A stretch of 64,000 nucleotides of DNA from Eledone cirrhosa (GCA_964016885.1 OZ024751.1:32426001-32490000); one strand, 5' to 3'. Positions 14,304 to 29,280 are shown, counted from the first letter of the stretch. Notes: generated by a model from the sequence alone, not told the origin. Numbers and translations are program-made.

Positions 14304-14931
14304 TCTATACTCACACTCACTCACATACACACAAGCGCACACATTCATACACCACACATCCACACGCTTGCACACACAACAACTATGGTAATGTAGAAAC
14401 AATAGCCGATGTGTAAAACTCTATCAAACCAATAGAAGATGTATTGAACAATCCATCATCTCTGAAATAAACTGTATATGACTGACAATAGATCTATTCA
14501 AACGTCTGCTGTAACAAACACAGCAACTAACTCAGTCCGCCATTACTGCTACGAGAAAGAACACGAAACGCCGGAAAGATATTTCATAATTTAGACGTGA
14601 CCGCAGAAATACAAATATCGTGTTAAATAATAGAAAGCACTTTTTTGTTTATTTATTCAATTACATGGTAAATTATAAATGGGGTAGCGGCGTTAGGTGT
14701 AGGGTTTCAAAGGGCCACCCACTGTTACACTGCATTTATGACGGTGAAAGTGACAAGAGACTGTTTGTGTAATGATATGCAGAAGAAATCTCTTAAAGGA
14801 CCTATTTTGAAAACACCGGTTTGTCGGTTTTCCTATCGATGTTCACAACATTCGCCGATATAGGTCGGCGAAAAATACACAAACGCATTGACTTCTGTAC
14901 TTATTCCTGACACACACACACATATGCACAC

Positions 14932-15011
<80 letters not shown>

Positions 15012-15263
15012 TGTGTGTGTGTGTGTGTGTGTGTAAAAGGCAAACAGAAATAACAACACAATCGGTACAGTATATGGAAGGAATATATTAGTTTAACGCT
15101 TGAAATAGCAGGAAGAGGTTCTTAACGTTTCGGACGCTAGCCCTTTGACTATCATATCATGCTTCCGGATGCTACGTGTTTCGTTGACTTCATAGTTTGT
15201 TATGTAATAAATAACAGTATAATACAACTCATCCCTCGGATTGGGTGCCCTAGCACCTTAACA

Positions 15264-15375
<112 letters not shown>

Positions 15376-15566
15376 TGTTAAGGTGCTAGTTGATTGCATC
15401 CATAGGCGGTATGCTCTTGGGAAGCAGAGAAGCTTCCGATTCCAGAGTCAGGTTCGACCATTAATAGATCCTTCCTCGAGCTGATCGACGGTGAAACATA
15501 TGTAATATATAATTAAATATGTATATGATACAACACTGATTCTTTGTTCTCTTATATATTAGGTAA

Positions 15567-15604
<38 letters not shown>

Positions 15605-16241
15605 GCATATATATGATATATATATATATATGTGTGTGTGCGTGTGTGTGTATGTGTGTGTGCATGTGTGTGTGCATGTGTGTATATGTGTGTGCGTATA
15701 TATATATGTGGTTATTGTCATCAGCAATATCAAAGTTGATTATTATATAACTTAATAAAACAATGTCGAAAGAACTAAATAGATTGAGGTCAAAAATATT
15801 CTGTGCCACCCTAATAACGAGTGAGTTCGCTTTTACTATTAAACAACTGACAATTATTGTAATGGCATCTTTTCATCCACCATTTTTTATGTATATTTCG
15901 ACGTCCAAACACTGTCATGTAACTCTTTTAACTTCCACCTTGTTTCATTCCACCAAATACTTGACAGGTTTTTCTATCCAACAGAAAGATATACTTTTTT
16001 CCTGTATAGTGTCGTTACATTCTCCTGTATTATTCGCATTACTGCTTCGTTGGTGTGCCATTACATCGCTGTATTATGGAAATAATGTGTGTATGTATGT
16101 ACGTATGCATTTTGGCATTTACGTGTGTGTATGTATGCATGTGCACACGCATATATATATAGACAGAGATAAATACATAAATGCGTACATAGAGACATAC
16201 ACCCATACATATATGCATGCTTATATGCATATATAAGCGTG

Positions 16242-16286
<45 letters not shown>

Positions 16287-16297
16287 CTGCTAGCGTA

Positions 16298-16567
16298 AAC
16301 CTCTTCAAATGAAGTTGATGTTTATTACGGTATGTCGAATATATTTATCTATAAAACTGTTTATATTGTATTTTGTCTGATGAAGGCATAGCATATTGTT
16401 AATATGATATCCCCGAAATATATATAATGAAATAAATACGGTTTTATAAATATAGTTTTCCATTTATTTAATATTGTAAATATACTCCAAATATTTGTCG
16501 AGTGCTTTTATATCAGTTATAAATATTTACTAGTTGTAACCCAACAATTTTAAATATAACTTTACAT
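16298..16567 (+). mobile_element. Short non-coding hammerhead-bearing element (pLTR fragment)
   Basis: Almost identical to 33304-33571; ends in a (TA)n tract. Confidence 0.8.
16369..16434 (+). ncRNA. Minimal type-I hammerhead ribozyme
   Basis: tattttgt-CTGATGA-aggcatagcatattgttaatatgatatcccc-GAAA-tatata-TA-atgaaata. Confidence 0.75.
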
Positions 16568-16578
16568 GTATATACATA

Positions 16579-16647
<69 letters not shown>

Positions 16648-16651
16648 GTGT

Positions 16652-16724
<73 letters not shown>

Positions 16725-17157
16725 CGCGTGTGTGTGTGTGTGTGTCTGTGTGTGTGTGTGTGTGTGTATTTATATATATATATAAACATATATATATATG
16801 CATATACATATATATATATATATATATACACATATAAATATACTTATACATATATATATATATACATACGAATGTATGTATGTATTGACTGTCAACTGCC
16901 GCTCGAATTGACAAAGTGTTGACATAGGTGGAGCCATTAGTGTTTGCTCTGACGCTGACAAGGTCTTGTTCAAACCAAAACAAGAATCTAGGTTTAGTGT
17001 TAGTTGTAGAGCTGTCGTAATTAAACGTATGACTAAGACAAGTGGATTGAATATTAAAGCAATGAACAAAGGTTTTATATATACACATACACACACACAC
17101 ACACATACACATACACTCATATATATATATATATATATATATATGTATCTCTCTCTC

Positions 17158-17231
<74 letters not shown>

Positions 17232-17289
17232 TATATATGTATTATATACACATACACACACACACACACATATATATAGAGAGATAGAG

Positions 17290-17373
<84 letters not shown>

Positions 17374-17557
17374 CATTCTATACCAAATCACTGAGGGATA
17401 GATCCCGATAAAGAAATCTAAAAAGAATACTCCACAATCCTCTCTTCGTCCGGAAATACTGCTTGACTAAGAATACACCCCTAGGGAAACATCTTTGTAA
17501 ATATTCTTTTTAGATTACTATATTGGGATCTACCCCTCAGTGATTTTGTATAAAATG
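17374..17557. mobile_element. Short element with ~35-bp terminal inverted repeats
   Basis: tataccaaatcactgagggatagatcccgata versus tattgggatctacccctcagtgattttgtata. Confidence 0.55.
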
Positions 17558-17624
17558 TTCTATATGTATTCGCTTCTGTGAATGAAATTTTTTTTAGCGA
17601 TCTCTTTTGACTGTGAGATATCAT

Positions 17625-17666
<42 letters not shown>

Positions 17667-17755
17667 CTAACCCATACAATCACTAATACTCTTTTATTCC
17701 TAATTAAACCATTTTTCAACTGTGAACAATTTGTCAGCATTTTCTATTCCGTTTA

Positions 17756-17807
<52 letters not shown>

Positions 17808-18220
17808 CACACACACGCACATATATAATATATATATATATATATATTTATATATACACACACACGCACATATATAATATATATATATATATATTATATA
17901 TATATATTAGAGTTAAACATATATTACTCCCTTTTAACTCTCCCTCTCTTTAAATCTTCTATCAGTTGCCTTCATAAAATGTTACAGCTTTCCTAGACGT
18001 TTTCCTAGTTAATCTCAATTTGTAGTATCCCACATTTTAAAATCTCTATAGCTGTCACATTAAGCAACGTTTTTCTTACTCACACATCCTCTATTGAATT
18101 TATTACGTTTTCGCATTTTCTCATTATTAGGGTATAAATGTAGAATTTTCTCTTAGGTTAATCACTACCTTGATTAAATCTTAACCATTTAACATCTCAA
18201 GGTATGTCATGTATCATTAT

Positions 18221-18273
18221 ATTTTGTCTGATGAGGACGTACTGTTGTACCTCTGAAATATGTATAATAAAAT
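18221..18273 (+). ncRNA. Minimal type-I hammerhead ribozyme
   Basis: attttgt-CTGATGA-ggacgtactgttgtacctct-GAAA-tatgta-TA-ataaaat; same family as 8957. Confidence 0.75.
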
Positions 18274-18313
18274 TTAATTGATCAAAAGAACATCTAGTTT
18301 ATTAATATTTGTA

Positions 18314-18413
<100 letters not shown>

Positions 18414-19277
18414 ACTTCTTTCCCTTGACACACTTCTAGATGTTTTCCCTTACATAATGTGGTTTTCTTTCCTTCCTTTTCACATTGAAGCCAGGATCAA
18501 TACAACAACAGTAACATTTGACGTTATTAACATCAAAATATTGAATGACTAATCTAAATAGCGCAGAGAACGCGAAACAATTCCATTGAAATATGTATAT
18601 TTGTTATTCCAAGTTATTAAACGATAGCGTTATTCAAATTAGATGATTGCAAGAATGGGCTTATTAGTGCAGAGATTAGAGAACAACTATGTCTATTCCT
18701 ATATTCAGTTATTCCAATGTAGTAATGAGTAACGACACCTTGGGAAAATAACTTTTACCATAGCCATGCGTAGAATTTGGTGGACGGAAACTGTAGACGC
18801 CCGTCTAAACATACGTACATAAACATACACGACGTACACACACACACTAACACAAACATACACTCACACACACACGCACACACCCACAAGCACACACACA
18901 GACGCACACATGAGTTGATGGCCTGTAACCTAATGGGTTCGACATAATAGATGTTACTAAAATAATTTGTGGAGTTGATATGACCGGCGAAATTACGGTG
19001 GTGCCCTAGCATACCACAGGTTAATGTTTGAAATCAGTCAAAAGAAAACTTAAGTATTCTCATTTCTTTGTTATCTCAACTGGTCAACAGTGAAGTACTT
19101 AACTACAACTTTCTAATAGAACAATCAATACTTATTCGTATTTAACAATGTATGAATATGTGTGTCTATGTGTGTATATAGGTGTGTATGTATATATGTA
19201 TATGTATGTGTTGTTTGTATATATATATATATATATGTTTACACACACACACATCACACATATACACACACACATAC

Positions 19278-19376
<99 letters not shown>

Positions 19377-19572
19377 GATAAAATCGCTAAAATATATCTA
19401 GTTCAGAGAATACCGTATGCATCAATGTGTAGATTCCTAATAAAGTGCTCTATAACGAAACCGCTTCAATTGCATCTTTCCCTAAGCGTATATTCCCAGT
19501 AAAGCAATCTAAAACAAAAAGGATTCACCATCATTCTTCCCTCAATGTGTGTGTATATATATATATATATAT

Positions 19573-19678
19573 CGAGGGTGTCCTAAAAAATATATACACA
19601 CTTCAACAGCATTCTAATAAATATTGCCTGTACAGGTAATCAATGTGTGTATACATTTTTTGGGGGGGATACCCTATA
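19573..19678. mobile_element. Tc1/mariner-type MITE in (TA)n
   Basis: gagggtgtcctaaaaaatatatacaca versus tgtgtatacattttttgggggggataccct; imperfect TIRs with TA flanks. Confidence 0.55.
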
Positions 19679-19739
19679 TATATCACCTTGATCACCTTGA
19701 CCGACCAGTCTGTCGGGCGTCAATCGGCGCCGCTGGTCA

Positions 19740-19935
19740 CAGCATGTCGTGCTGTTTTAGCCATAAGATAACGCCATCCCTGGCTGAGCGGGCAGGCCAG
19801 TACTCATATCTACAGCTGAGTAAACTGGAGCAACGTGAAATAAAGTGTCTTGCACAAGGAAACAACACATTACCTGATCCGATAATTGAACTCACAACCT
19901 TTCGATTGCAAGCCCAATGCTCTAACCACCAAGCA
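19740..19935 (-). mobile_element. tRNA-derived CORE-type SINE (degenerate)
   Basis: Minus strand: tggtggttagagcattgggcttgcaatcgaaaggttgtgagttcaatt...tccttgtgcaagacactttatttcacgttgctcc; homologous to 28061-28180. Confidence 0.65.
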
Positions 19936-19949
19936 TATATATATATATA

Positions 19950-20305
19950 TGGTGGATGAGTGCTACACGAGAATGCTGAGGATGGCTCTGAACATTAATC
20001 AGTATACACTGAGAATGAAAAACTCAGAGCTGTATGGGAGCCTCCCAAAAGTCAGCTCAAAAGTGACACAAAGGAGACTGAGGTTAGCTGGACATGCTCA
20101 CCGACTTCCAGAGTTGACATTGCACTCAGTGCTCCTGTGGGAGCCCCTACATGGACACACTGGAAGAGGAAGACCAAGGTTAACGTATATTGATGCCCTA
20201 AGGACAGACACTGGTCTGTTGGAGACGCAGGACATGGCACCGATAATGAGGGACAGAGACCGCTGGAGAGAACTCGTCCATGGATCTCGGGAATTTTACC
20301 CGCCC
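19950..20305 (+). mobile_element. 3' fragment of an RTE-clade LINE
   Basis: CYTRMLRMALNI...RRLRLAGH...VLLWEP...GRGRPRLTYID...RDRDRWR; (TA)n on both sides. Confidence 0.85.
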
Positions 20306-20359
20306 TATATATATATATATAATATTAATAAATGGAGACTATCTTTATAAAATCATATT

Positions 20360-20422
20360 TATTTTATTATATATATTTCAAGGGTACCAACATTTTTTGA
20401 TATGCTCTCATCAGTTAAAATA
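20360..20422 (-). ncRNA. Minimal type-I hammerhead ribozyme
   Basis: Minus strand: tattttaa-CTGATGA-gagcatatcaaaaaatgttggtaccctt-GAAA-tatata-TA-ataaaata. Confidence 0.65.
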
Positions 20423-20528
20423 CAAAAGTTGTTTTATAGATAGTGATATTTAAAAACAAGAACTTATATATATGTATTTAATTTTTTAATATAAGGAACT
20501 TGTTCTTTGTTTTTATTCATTGTTTTTA

Positions 20529-20631
<103 letters not shown>

Positions 20632-20649
20632 ATACCTACACACACACAC

Positions 20650-20680
<31 letters not shown>

Positions 20681-21359
20681 AGTATGTATGTGTGTACACT
20701 CTAAACGATCCTCTCAGTTACACTCAATTCTTACACAATCATCTTGGAATACTCAGCCACATAGACTTTAGTTCAACATGTAGGCCGCCGCTCCATCAAG
20801 CGAATGTCTTCAATATTCATCGTAGAACCCGACAGAGGTCCATATACGTGTGATTCCGTAGCAGAAATAAACATATCCTTTAGAGTGACCTCCCTTGAAT
20901 CTTACCATAGTTTATAGAGTTATTTCCTCTGTAAACATTAAGATGCTAAAAATAAGTCATTAAGAGTGATCTCCCTCTAACGATTTACGCATTACGTTTT
21001 AAACATGTATATTTTGACGTAATTCTAATTTACTGTTTTTTTTATTTTACCTTTATTCTCAAAGTCGGCAGCACGCCGGTTAAAATGACTTGTATTTATT
21101 TGGGATTTATGAGTTCAAATCCTACCGAGATCAACTTTGTCTCTCGTTGTTTTTAGGTCGATAAATTACCAGTTCGGGGATGGTGGATGGATTCTTTATG
21201 GTTTGTGTTCCGGCATTGAACCTTTTGAGTTTAAATCCCGCTTCCTGTCATCGCAAAAGCTGCGACACTTCTACCAGGAGTTGCGACCAATTGAAAGTAT
21301 CAGTAATAGAAAGACATAGTTTTTTCTACCAGGAGTTGTGACTGGTAAATATTATCAGT

Positions 21360-21890
21360 AATATATAACAGACAATTAATAGATATATAAAAGATCTGTT
21401 ACAGTCTTATTGCAGCCATATAACAGACATATAACAAATATATAACAGATATATAACAGATATATAACAGACATATAACAGATAAATAACAGATATATAA
21501 CAGATATATTACAGACCTATTACAGGCTTAGAACAGATATATAACATATGTAAAACAGATATATATAACAGCTATATTACAGACATATTACAGACATATC
21601 ACAGATATATAACAGACATATTACAGACATATTACAGATATATAACAGATATATAACAGACACATAATAGCTATGTAACAGATATATAACATATATAAAA
21701 CAGACATATAACAGATATATAACAGACATATAACAGCTATATAACAGGCATATAGCAGACATATTACAGATATATAACATACATATCATAGATATATTAT
21801 AGCTATATTACAGAATATTACAGACAAATTACAGATATATAACGGACATATAACAGATATTTAACAGATACAATACAGACATATTACACT
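21360..21890. repeat. Degenerate 11-13 bp minisatellite (ATATAACAGAT/C)
   Basis: Repeated atataacagacat and atattacagat units. Confidence 0.85.
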
Positions 21891-23250
21891 TCTCTCTGAT
21901 GAGCCGATTGTACATCTATACTAAATTATGAACGTCTTAGCTTTTCTGACATTTGTTTTTATCATTACCCTATTGTAGATTTCTTCACATTTAATTTCTA
22001 CATTTATCAGAACTGATAAAGTCTTCTTTCTCTTGCTGAACATTTGATAGGTTTGTAGAGGAGTGTGAGGTGGACTGTGAAGAGGTAGGAATATGTTGGT
22101 AGTTTCTCAATGGAATCGGAAGAATATATAGGCTGTGTATATCAGATTAAAAATGTTTTTTTTCTATTAACATATTATAAACTCTTGAATTAGCTACCAT
22201 TTTACTGTATTATATACATCAGCACTTTAGAGAGTGTCGTAGAATAAGTGCCCATTACTGCTGTAGAACTCAAACAGTGGCGATCGCATTTCTACGGTTT
22301 TTGTATTCATGACGGTAACCTTTGGAGGTTATATTCTCTCGACAATCGTAGCTGATGTTTTTTCACCACATTTACATTAAAGATCTCGGAGTACCTGTGT
22401 GTTAAGGGAAGGTTTGAAGGGATTTGTGATTTTTTGATGAAGTTGGTGTTTGGAACACAGCCTAACCAAGGTTCTTACATAAAATTATGATAGAAGGGTG
22501 TTAGAAAAATATAAACCCTTTAAAATAAACAGTTTTGTATCACAGGACCAGGGGCAGTTCTATAGCCGAATGCCTTTCTTATCATCATCAATCATTTTAT
22601 AGAATGTAATGGATGTGTTTATTGTGTAAACACTAGGGAGATTGTCATGTCAATTTTCATTATACCTTTGTAGCTGTCTCTGCGGCCTAGTTGGAGGAAT
22701 CATAGACGGTGGTGATCCTGGTCTGAAGTTCGATCCTGGCCGGGAGTAGGGTTCCCAGTAATCCTTTTCAGTTTTTTTTCTATGGGTTGTAAAATAAAAA
22801 CCGAAAAAGGTTACATGTACCTCTTGACCAGGATTGAACCCAAGGCCAGGATCTCCACTGTCTCTAGTACCTACCACTAGGCCAAAGAGACAACTACGAA
22901 AATCATATGAAAATTCATACTTATAAACCTACTTTCAAAATTGACTCATTGTTTGGCAGATTTTCTATGGTTGGATGCTCTTCCTATCAATAACCCCTTT
23001 ACATTATGTACTGAGTGTCTTTAGCTTACCAGGGACAAAAAGTTCTTTGCCAAATATGTATTCTACCTATAAAATCTTTCAGTTTTATCTTCTTCTTGTC
23101 TTCTTCTTGAGTCATCCCTCCATCGAAGGTGAACCATTTATTTTGCTTTTTTCTAATGGCTATAATATATGCGGCTTGCCATAAATAACCATCCAGCGCC
23201 AACCAGTGAAATCTACTACAGCTCTGCACACTCTTCAGTTTTTTAACTGA

Positions 23251-23296
<46 letters not shown>

Positions 23297-23473
23297 CGAA
23301 GGAGTTGTGGTTAGGAACCAGATGGACCATAACGCACCAAAGTACTCAATACTTAGGATAGTAGAGTAGGTGATAGGAAAAGGTATGACCCCGACAGCAG
23401 AGCTCCAGCCGTTTCTACGGCTATTTCTGGACAGAAATAGCCATCGAAACAGCTTGAGCTTCTATATATATAC

Positions 23474-23522
23474 ACAACTGGTGCGTGTGTTTCTTATTGG
23501 TAACATGACCCTCCCAAAGTAT

Positions 23523-23580
<58 letters not shown>

Positions 23581-23830
23581 ATACTTTGGGAGGGTCATGT
23601 TGCCAATAAGAAACACACGCACCAGTTGCTTTCACTTCAATTTATTATAAATTAAATTTATAAATTTAGGAATTTACACATTTCCAGTTGGTTGGTTGGT
23701 TCCACAACCAGACGATTGTTCACATATTGTCAAAGTTCTTTCGTCACACATTGTGTGACCTCTTCAGTGACTGGGGACACACGTTTTCAGATAAAGAATC
23801 TTGCTAAACAAATTCAGAAACGAAATATAT
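23474..23830. mobile_element. Rearranged Penelope pLTR fragment with inversions
   Basis: 23575-23776 matches 11703-11904; 23474-23528 is an inverted copy across (TA)n; 23777-23826 is the inverted 11644-11690 segment. Confidence 0.8.
23729..23771 (-). ncRNA. Minimal type-I hammerhead ribozyme
   Basis: Minus strand: gtca-CTGAAGA-g-gtcacac aat gtgtgac-GAAA-gaac-TT-tgac; perfect stem II. Confidence 0.8.
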
Positions 23831-23878
23831 ATATATATATATATATATATTTCGTTATATATATATATATATATTTCG

Positions 23879-23921
<43 letters not shown>

Positions 23922-24575
23922 AGAAAACACAGGTAAGCATTTTTTGTTCTCTCTTCTTTTCTTCTTTCTTTTCTCTTTCCTCTTTTATATATATATATAT
24001 TTATCTCTCTATCTCTCCCCCTCTCTCTCCCTCTCTCTCTCACTCTCTCTCTCTCCCACTATAAACGATTTAATTCTCTTTAACTCCCTACACTGTAAAT
24101 TGACGACATCAAGTCTACGAATCAAAACTGATCGAGAAATCCTTCCATCTTTACCCATCCCTCCATCCCTGTTTGTCCCTCTACTTCCTAATTCTTCTCC
24201 CCATTCCTCTATATATATTAAATACGATTTTTAAAAAATGTTTTTTTATATATTAAGAACCTTTTACAAGTAACTTAGTCATTATCTTGAAAATTTGGAG
24301 GTGAATAACAATTATTATCGAGTGGCTGCTATTTGCAGTATTGCGATATAAGGTTGCGCTTACCAATGAAACGGTCGTAAATACCTGGATAAAATCCTTT
24401 TTTTAATGATTACCTGTGTTTTCTCTTTTATTCTTTATACTCCAAGATTGAACGTGATTTACTAACTACATTCTTGCAAACTTGTGGAGTTACCCCTAAC
24501 CGTACGTTGGAAACCGTCCAAGTAACTGGCTATCTTAACCACGAACTGGATTACAAAAAGCAATTTTCTGCTTCC

Positions 24576-24649
<74 letters not shown>

Positions 24650-25149
24650 AAATACTTATATCAGTATTTAACCAGTTTTAAACTAGCAAGTGCAGTTTTA
24701 AACAGCCAAGTACTCGATTGTGGGGATAGTAGTGTGTGACTATATTATATACTTTATGCTCTTTTAGCGATTAAATTTTCTTGAACATCTTCATTTCTTT
24801 GAACTATTTCACCATAATTGATCTAATTGTTGAAGTTATTTCACTACACACCTGTTGCAGAAAATGACCACATCACCTGGCATCATCGGGGAAAATTTCG
24901 TATTACACGCTTTAAAAACCCAACAGATGTTACAAATATGATTAAAGAAAACCTATTAGATATCATAATTATTTGCAAACACACCATCAAATAACACCAT
25001 CACAATAACAAAGAAGAAACTCCGAAAATATGTGAGCAATTATTATTAATTAAAAACGAGTTGCCATTTGAATTAATTCAAAAAAGTTGTCCGATGACAT
25101 CCCGTGAATACACAGACGAAACTCCACATTAACAGGACTGATTTATCTT

Positions 25150-25181
<32 letters not shown>

Positions 25182-25312
25182 GCACTCCCCCCTCTCTCTC
25201 TCTCGCTCTCGCACTCCCCCTCTCTTTCTCACGCTCGCTCGCACTCCCTTTCTCTCACAAACACTCACACACACATATATATATATACATGCATTCATAT
25301 ATATACAAATGT

Positions 25313-25421
25313 ATAAATTAATAAAAACAATGAAATAAAAACAAAGAACAGGTTCCTTATATTTTTTCAATATATAAGGAACCTGTTCTTTGTTTTTATT
25401 TCATTGTTTTTATTAATTTAT
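25313..25421. repeat. ~50-bp-arm palindrome
   Basis: ataaattaataaaaacaatgaaataaaaacaaagaacaggttccttatat, short spacer, then its reverse complement; the arm also occurs at ~20488-20532. Confidence 0.85.
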
Positions 25422-26087
25422 CTTGATCCTGTTTTCCTGATTTTTATCGTTAAATTTTGAATGCATTTTCTCTTTTTTATTTACACGCACAAAACCCACA
25501 TCGTACCGTCCTGTGGCGTCTGTAATGTTTTTCTTGGTGTCAGCCCTTGTGGTCAATAAAGAAATCATTATTATTATTATTGTTGTTGTTGTTGTTATTA
25601 CTGTTAATGTTTTTTCATGGAATTGCCGTCTGCGGAATTTGAAATGAAAGTTGAATGAGACAATTCAGTAAAGTTATTGGGTGAATATGGGGAATATAGT
25701 TCTATGTTTAACATATGCTTGTTGTCGACAGGTAACTATAATTGGGTGGTTGAAGGTCGGGGTTACTTACCTTTGATAGGGCGGATAATATAAAAATCTA
25801 TGGAGCTTCTGTGATTCACCGGGAGGAGAGAGGGAGGGAACTTTAAATGATTTATGTACACTATGTACTTTCATTTCCATTTTCTTTTTTCTCATTCATT
25901 TTATATCCATGAAATCTCACCCATTTTATACCCCGAGCACATAATGTTTCCTCATTTGTTGATCTTTTGGCAAATAAAAGAAACCATTAGTAGCAATATT
26001 GTTACTAAACGAAATTGTTATTATTGTTGTTATTTTCGTTATTATGATTATTATTATCGTTATTATTATTGTTATTATTATTATTAT

Positions 26088-26347
26088 GGGGTCGATAAAA
26101 TAAAGCACCAGCAACACTTGGGTAATTGCTGGCCTTGTACCAAAAGTAGAAACAATTATTATTATTATTACCTTCATATCAACATTCATTGCCCTTGGGG
26201 CAAAAATAAATGAATGTCTATTATTATTGTTGTTGTTATTATTATTATTATTTGCCTTTCATCCTTACGGGGTCGATAAAATAAAGTACCAGTAATGCAC
26301 TGGGTAATTGCTGGCCGTGTGCCAAAAAGTAGAAACAATTATTATTA

Positions 26348-26380
<33 letters not shown>
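26088..26380 (+). mobile_element. Two 5'-truncated Nin-domain SINE copies with (ATT)n tails
   Basis: ggggtcgataaaataaag...gctggccttgtaccaaaagtagaaacaattatt at 26088 and 26252. Confidence 0.75.
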
Positions 26381-26385
<5 letters not shown>

Positions 26386-27277
26386 TTATTTTTCTATTTT
26401 TATTATTATTATTATTGAAACCATTATTATTATTATTAATATTATTAATACAGTTGTTGTTAATATCATTAATATTAATAGTATTATAATTTTAGTATAT
26501 TAATTTTTACAATTTTTGTTATTTCTATGTCCAGAAATAAAATTATCTTGTCAGAAAAAATAATGTTTTTTTTTGTAAGGGTTTGCAGTAGAAGGTTTAT
26601 TGAAAACGGTTTATTCCATCAAACATTTGCAAATCGATAAATATTATTCAACATTTATTTATTTATTTATTTATTCAATTAACAACACCATTACTATTAT
26701 TACCAATGCTATTATGATGATTATTATTACCTATTATTTCTTTTTTATTAATTAACATTATTATTGTTTATTATTATTAATTATTATTATTAATTATTAT
26801 TTATTATTATTATCAATATTATTGATTATTGATTATTATCATTATAATAATTGTTCTCATCATCGTCGTTTTCATTAAAAATTATTTTTTTTTTTTATTT
26901 TTTATTTATACTTTAAGGCAGATAAAAGCAAAAAAAAAAAAGATTTTGTAATTCGTAATTTTCTTCTTTTCTTCTTGTTATTTGTTGCTTTTATTTTTTC
27001 TCTCGTTTCCATTTTGTCTTTTCTTTCCAATTTTTTCACTTGTTCTTTTGTCGCTTTTTAGCTTTTTTAAATTTGGAATTTTCTTTTAAATTTATTTTTG
27101 CTTATTTAATTATTTCATGATGCTTTTCGTTAAAGTTCAGGCCATTAACAAAAAAATTTAATAAATAGATAAAAAATAAATTATTTAAAAAAATAAAACA
27201 TTAAGAATGAAATAAATAAATAAATAAATTGACAGATAAATTCAATAAGAGTGAGTTCGTTTACAGTTAAACGGAAT

Positions 27278-27465
27278 TTAACAGTGTATGCAGAAAGGAC
27301 TGCCAGAGATAGGCTCATCCCCCCAATGGATGGCTAATGTGTGTTCTCCGGGTTCATTCACTTTGTATGATAAGTTGTACACGTTTCTTCCAGAGGCTCT
27401 GTAGGACAATTCAATTGGAGGATTACCTTTCTCTGACACCATTCCAACATTCAGCATGCCATGAC
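27278..27465 (-). CDS. FLN: Filamin, last coding exon (C-terminal half of the dimerisation repeat)
   Basis: ctttcag acceptor, phase 1: (G)HGMLNVGMVSEKGNPPIELSYRASGRNVYNLSYKVNEPGEHTLAIHWGDEPISGSPFCIHC*; resembles filamin repeat 24 (WGDEHIPGSP); absent from the ORF track. Confidence 0.92.
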
Positions 27466-27925
27466 CTGAAAGATGTATATATTTACAGAGTTAGAGATAA
27501 CAATATCGCCTGATACTTAGATAGGCAGAAAGACTGATAGTCAGATAGATAGTTAGATAGTCAGATAGTTAGATAGCCAAATAGGCTGATATGTAGATAG
27601 TTAGAGAGTAAAATATTTCGATAGATTGATAGTCAAATAGTTAGATAGTTAGTTAATTGATAAAGGTAGATAAAGAGATATTTAAATAGTCCAATTGTGA
27701 GCTAGTCGGCTAGAGAGAAAGGGTTTTGAAATGAATATATGAAAATAATAGAAGAAAGTAATATGGCACATATATATAATATATACATATAATATATCTA
27801 TATAATACATATAATATATATATATAATACATATATATATATATGTTTTCTATATTAAAACTTTTATACTCAGCTATGTATTGAGTACCTTACTTACTGT
27901 GGTTACCTCCAATTCAACCCGCAAT

Positions 27926-27959
<34 letters not shown>

Positions 27960-28060
27960 AATAGGAACGATCGACCTTCGTCAAATCGGACCGAGGGAAC
28001 AATGTTTCCGTTGGTCTTTCCAATTGCTAATACTATCTATCGGTCGCAACTCCAGGTAGA

Positions 28061-28180
28061 AGGAGCAACGTGAAATAAAGTGTCTTGCTCAAGGACATAA
28101 CGCATCGCCTGGTCCAGGAATCGAACTCACAACCTTACGATTGCGAATCCTATTTCCTAACCACTCAGCCACACGCCTTC
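28061..28180 (-). mobile_element. 5' part of a tRNA-derived CORE-type SINE
   Basis: Minus strand: ggcgtgtggctgagtggttagg (A box)...gagttcgattcc (B box)...gtccttgagcaagacactt. Confidence 0.7.

Positions 28181-29280
<1,100 letters not shown>

Noticed and set aside
21894-21940. CTGATGA motif; others at 11037, 23232, 44028 and 63736
   Set aside because: No matching stem II, GAAA and stem I arrangement
28061-28180. tRNA gene
   Set aside because: The tRNA-like head runs into a CORE-like body and is multicopy and degenerate, so it is a SINE
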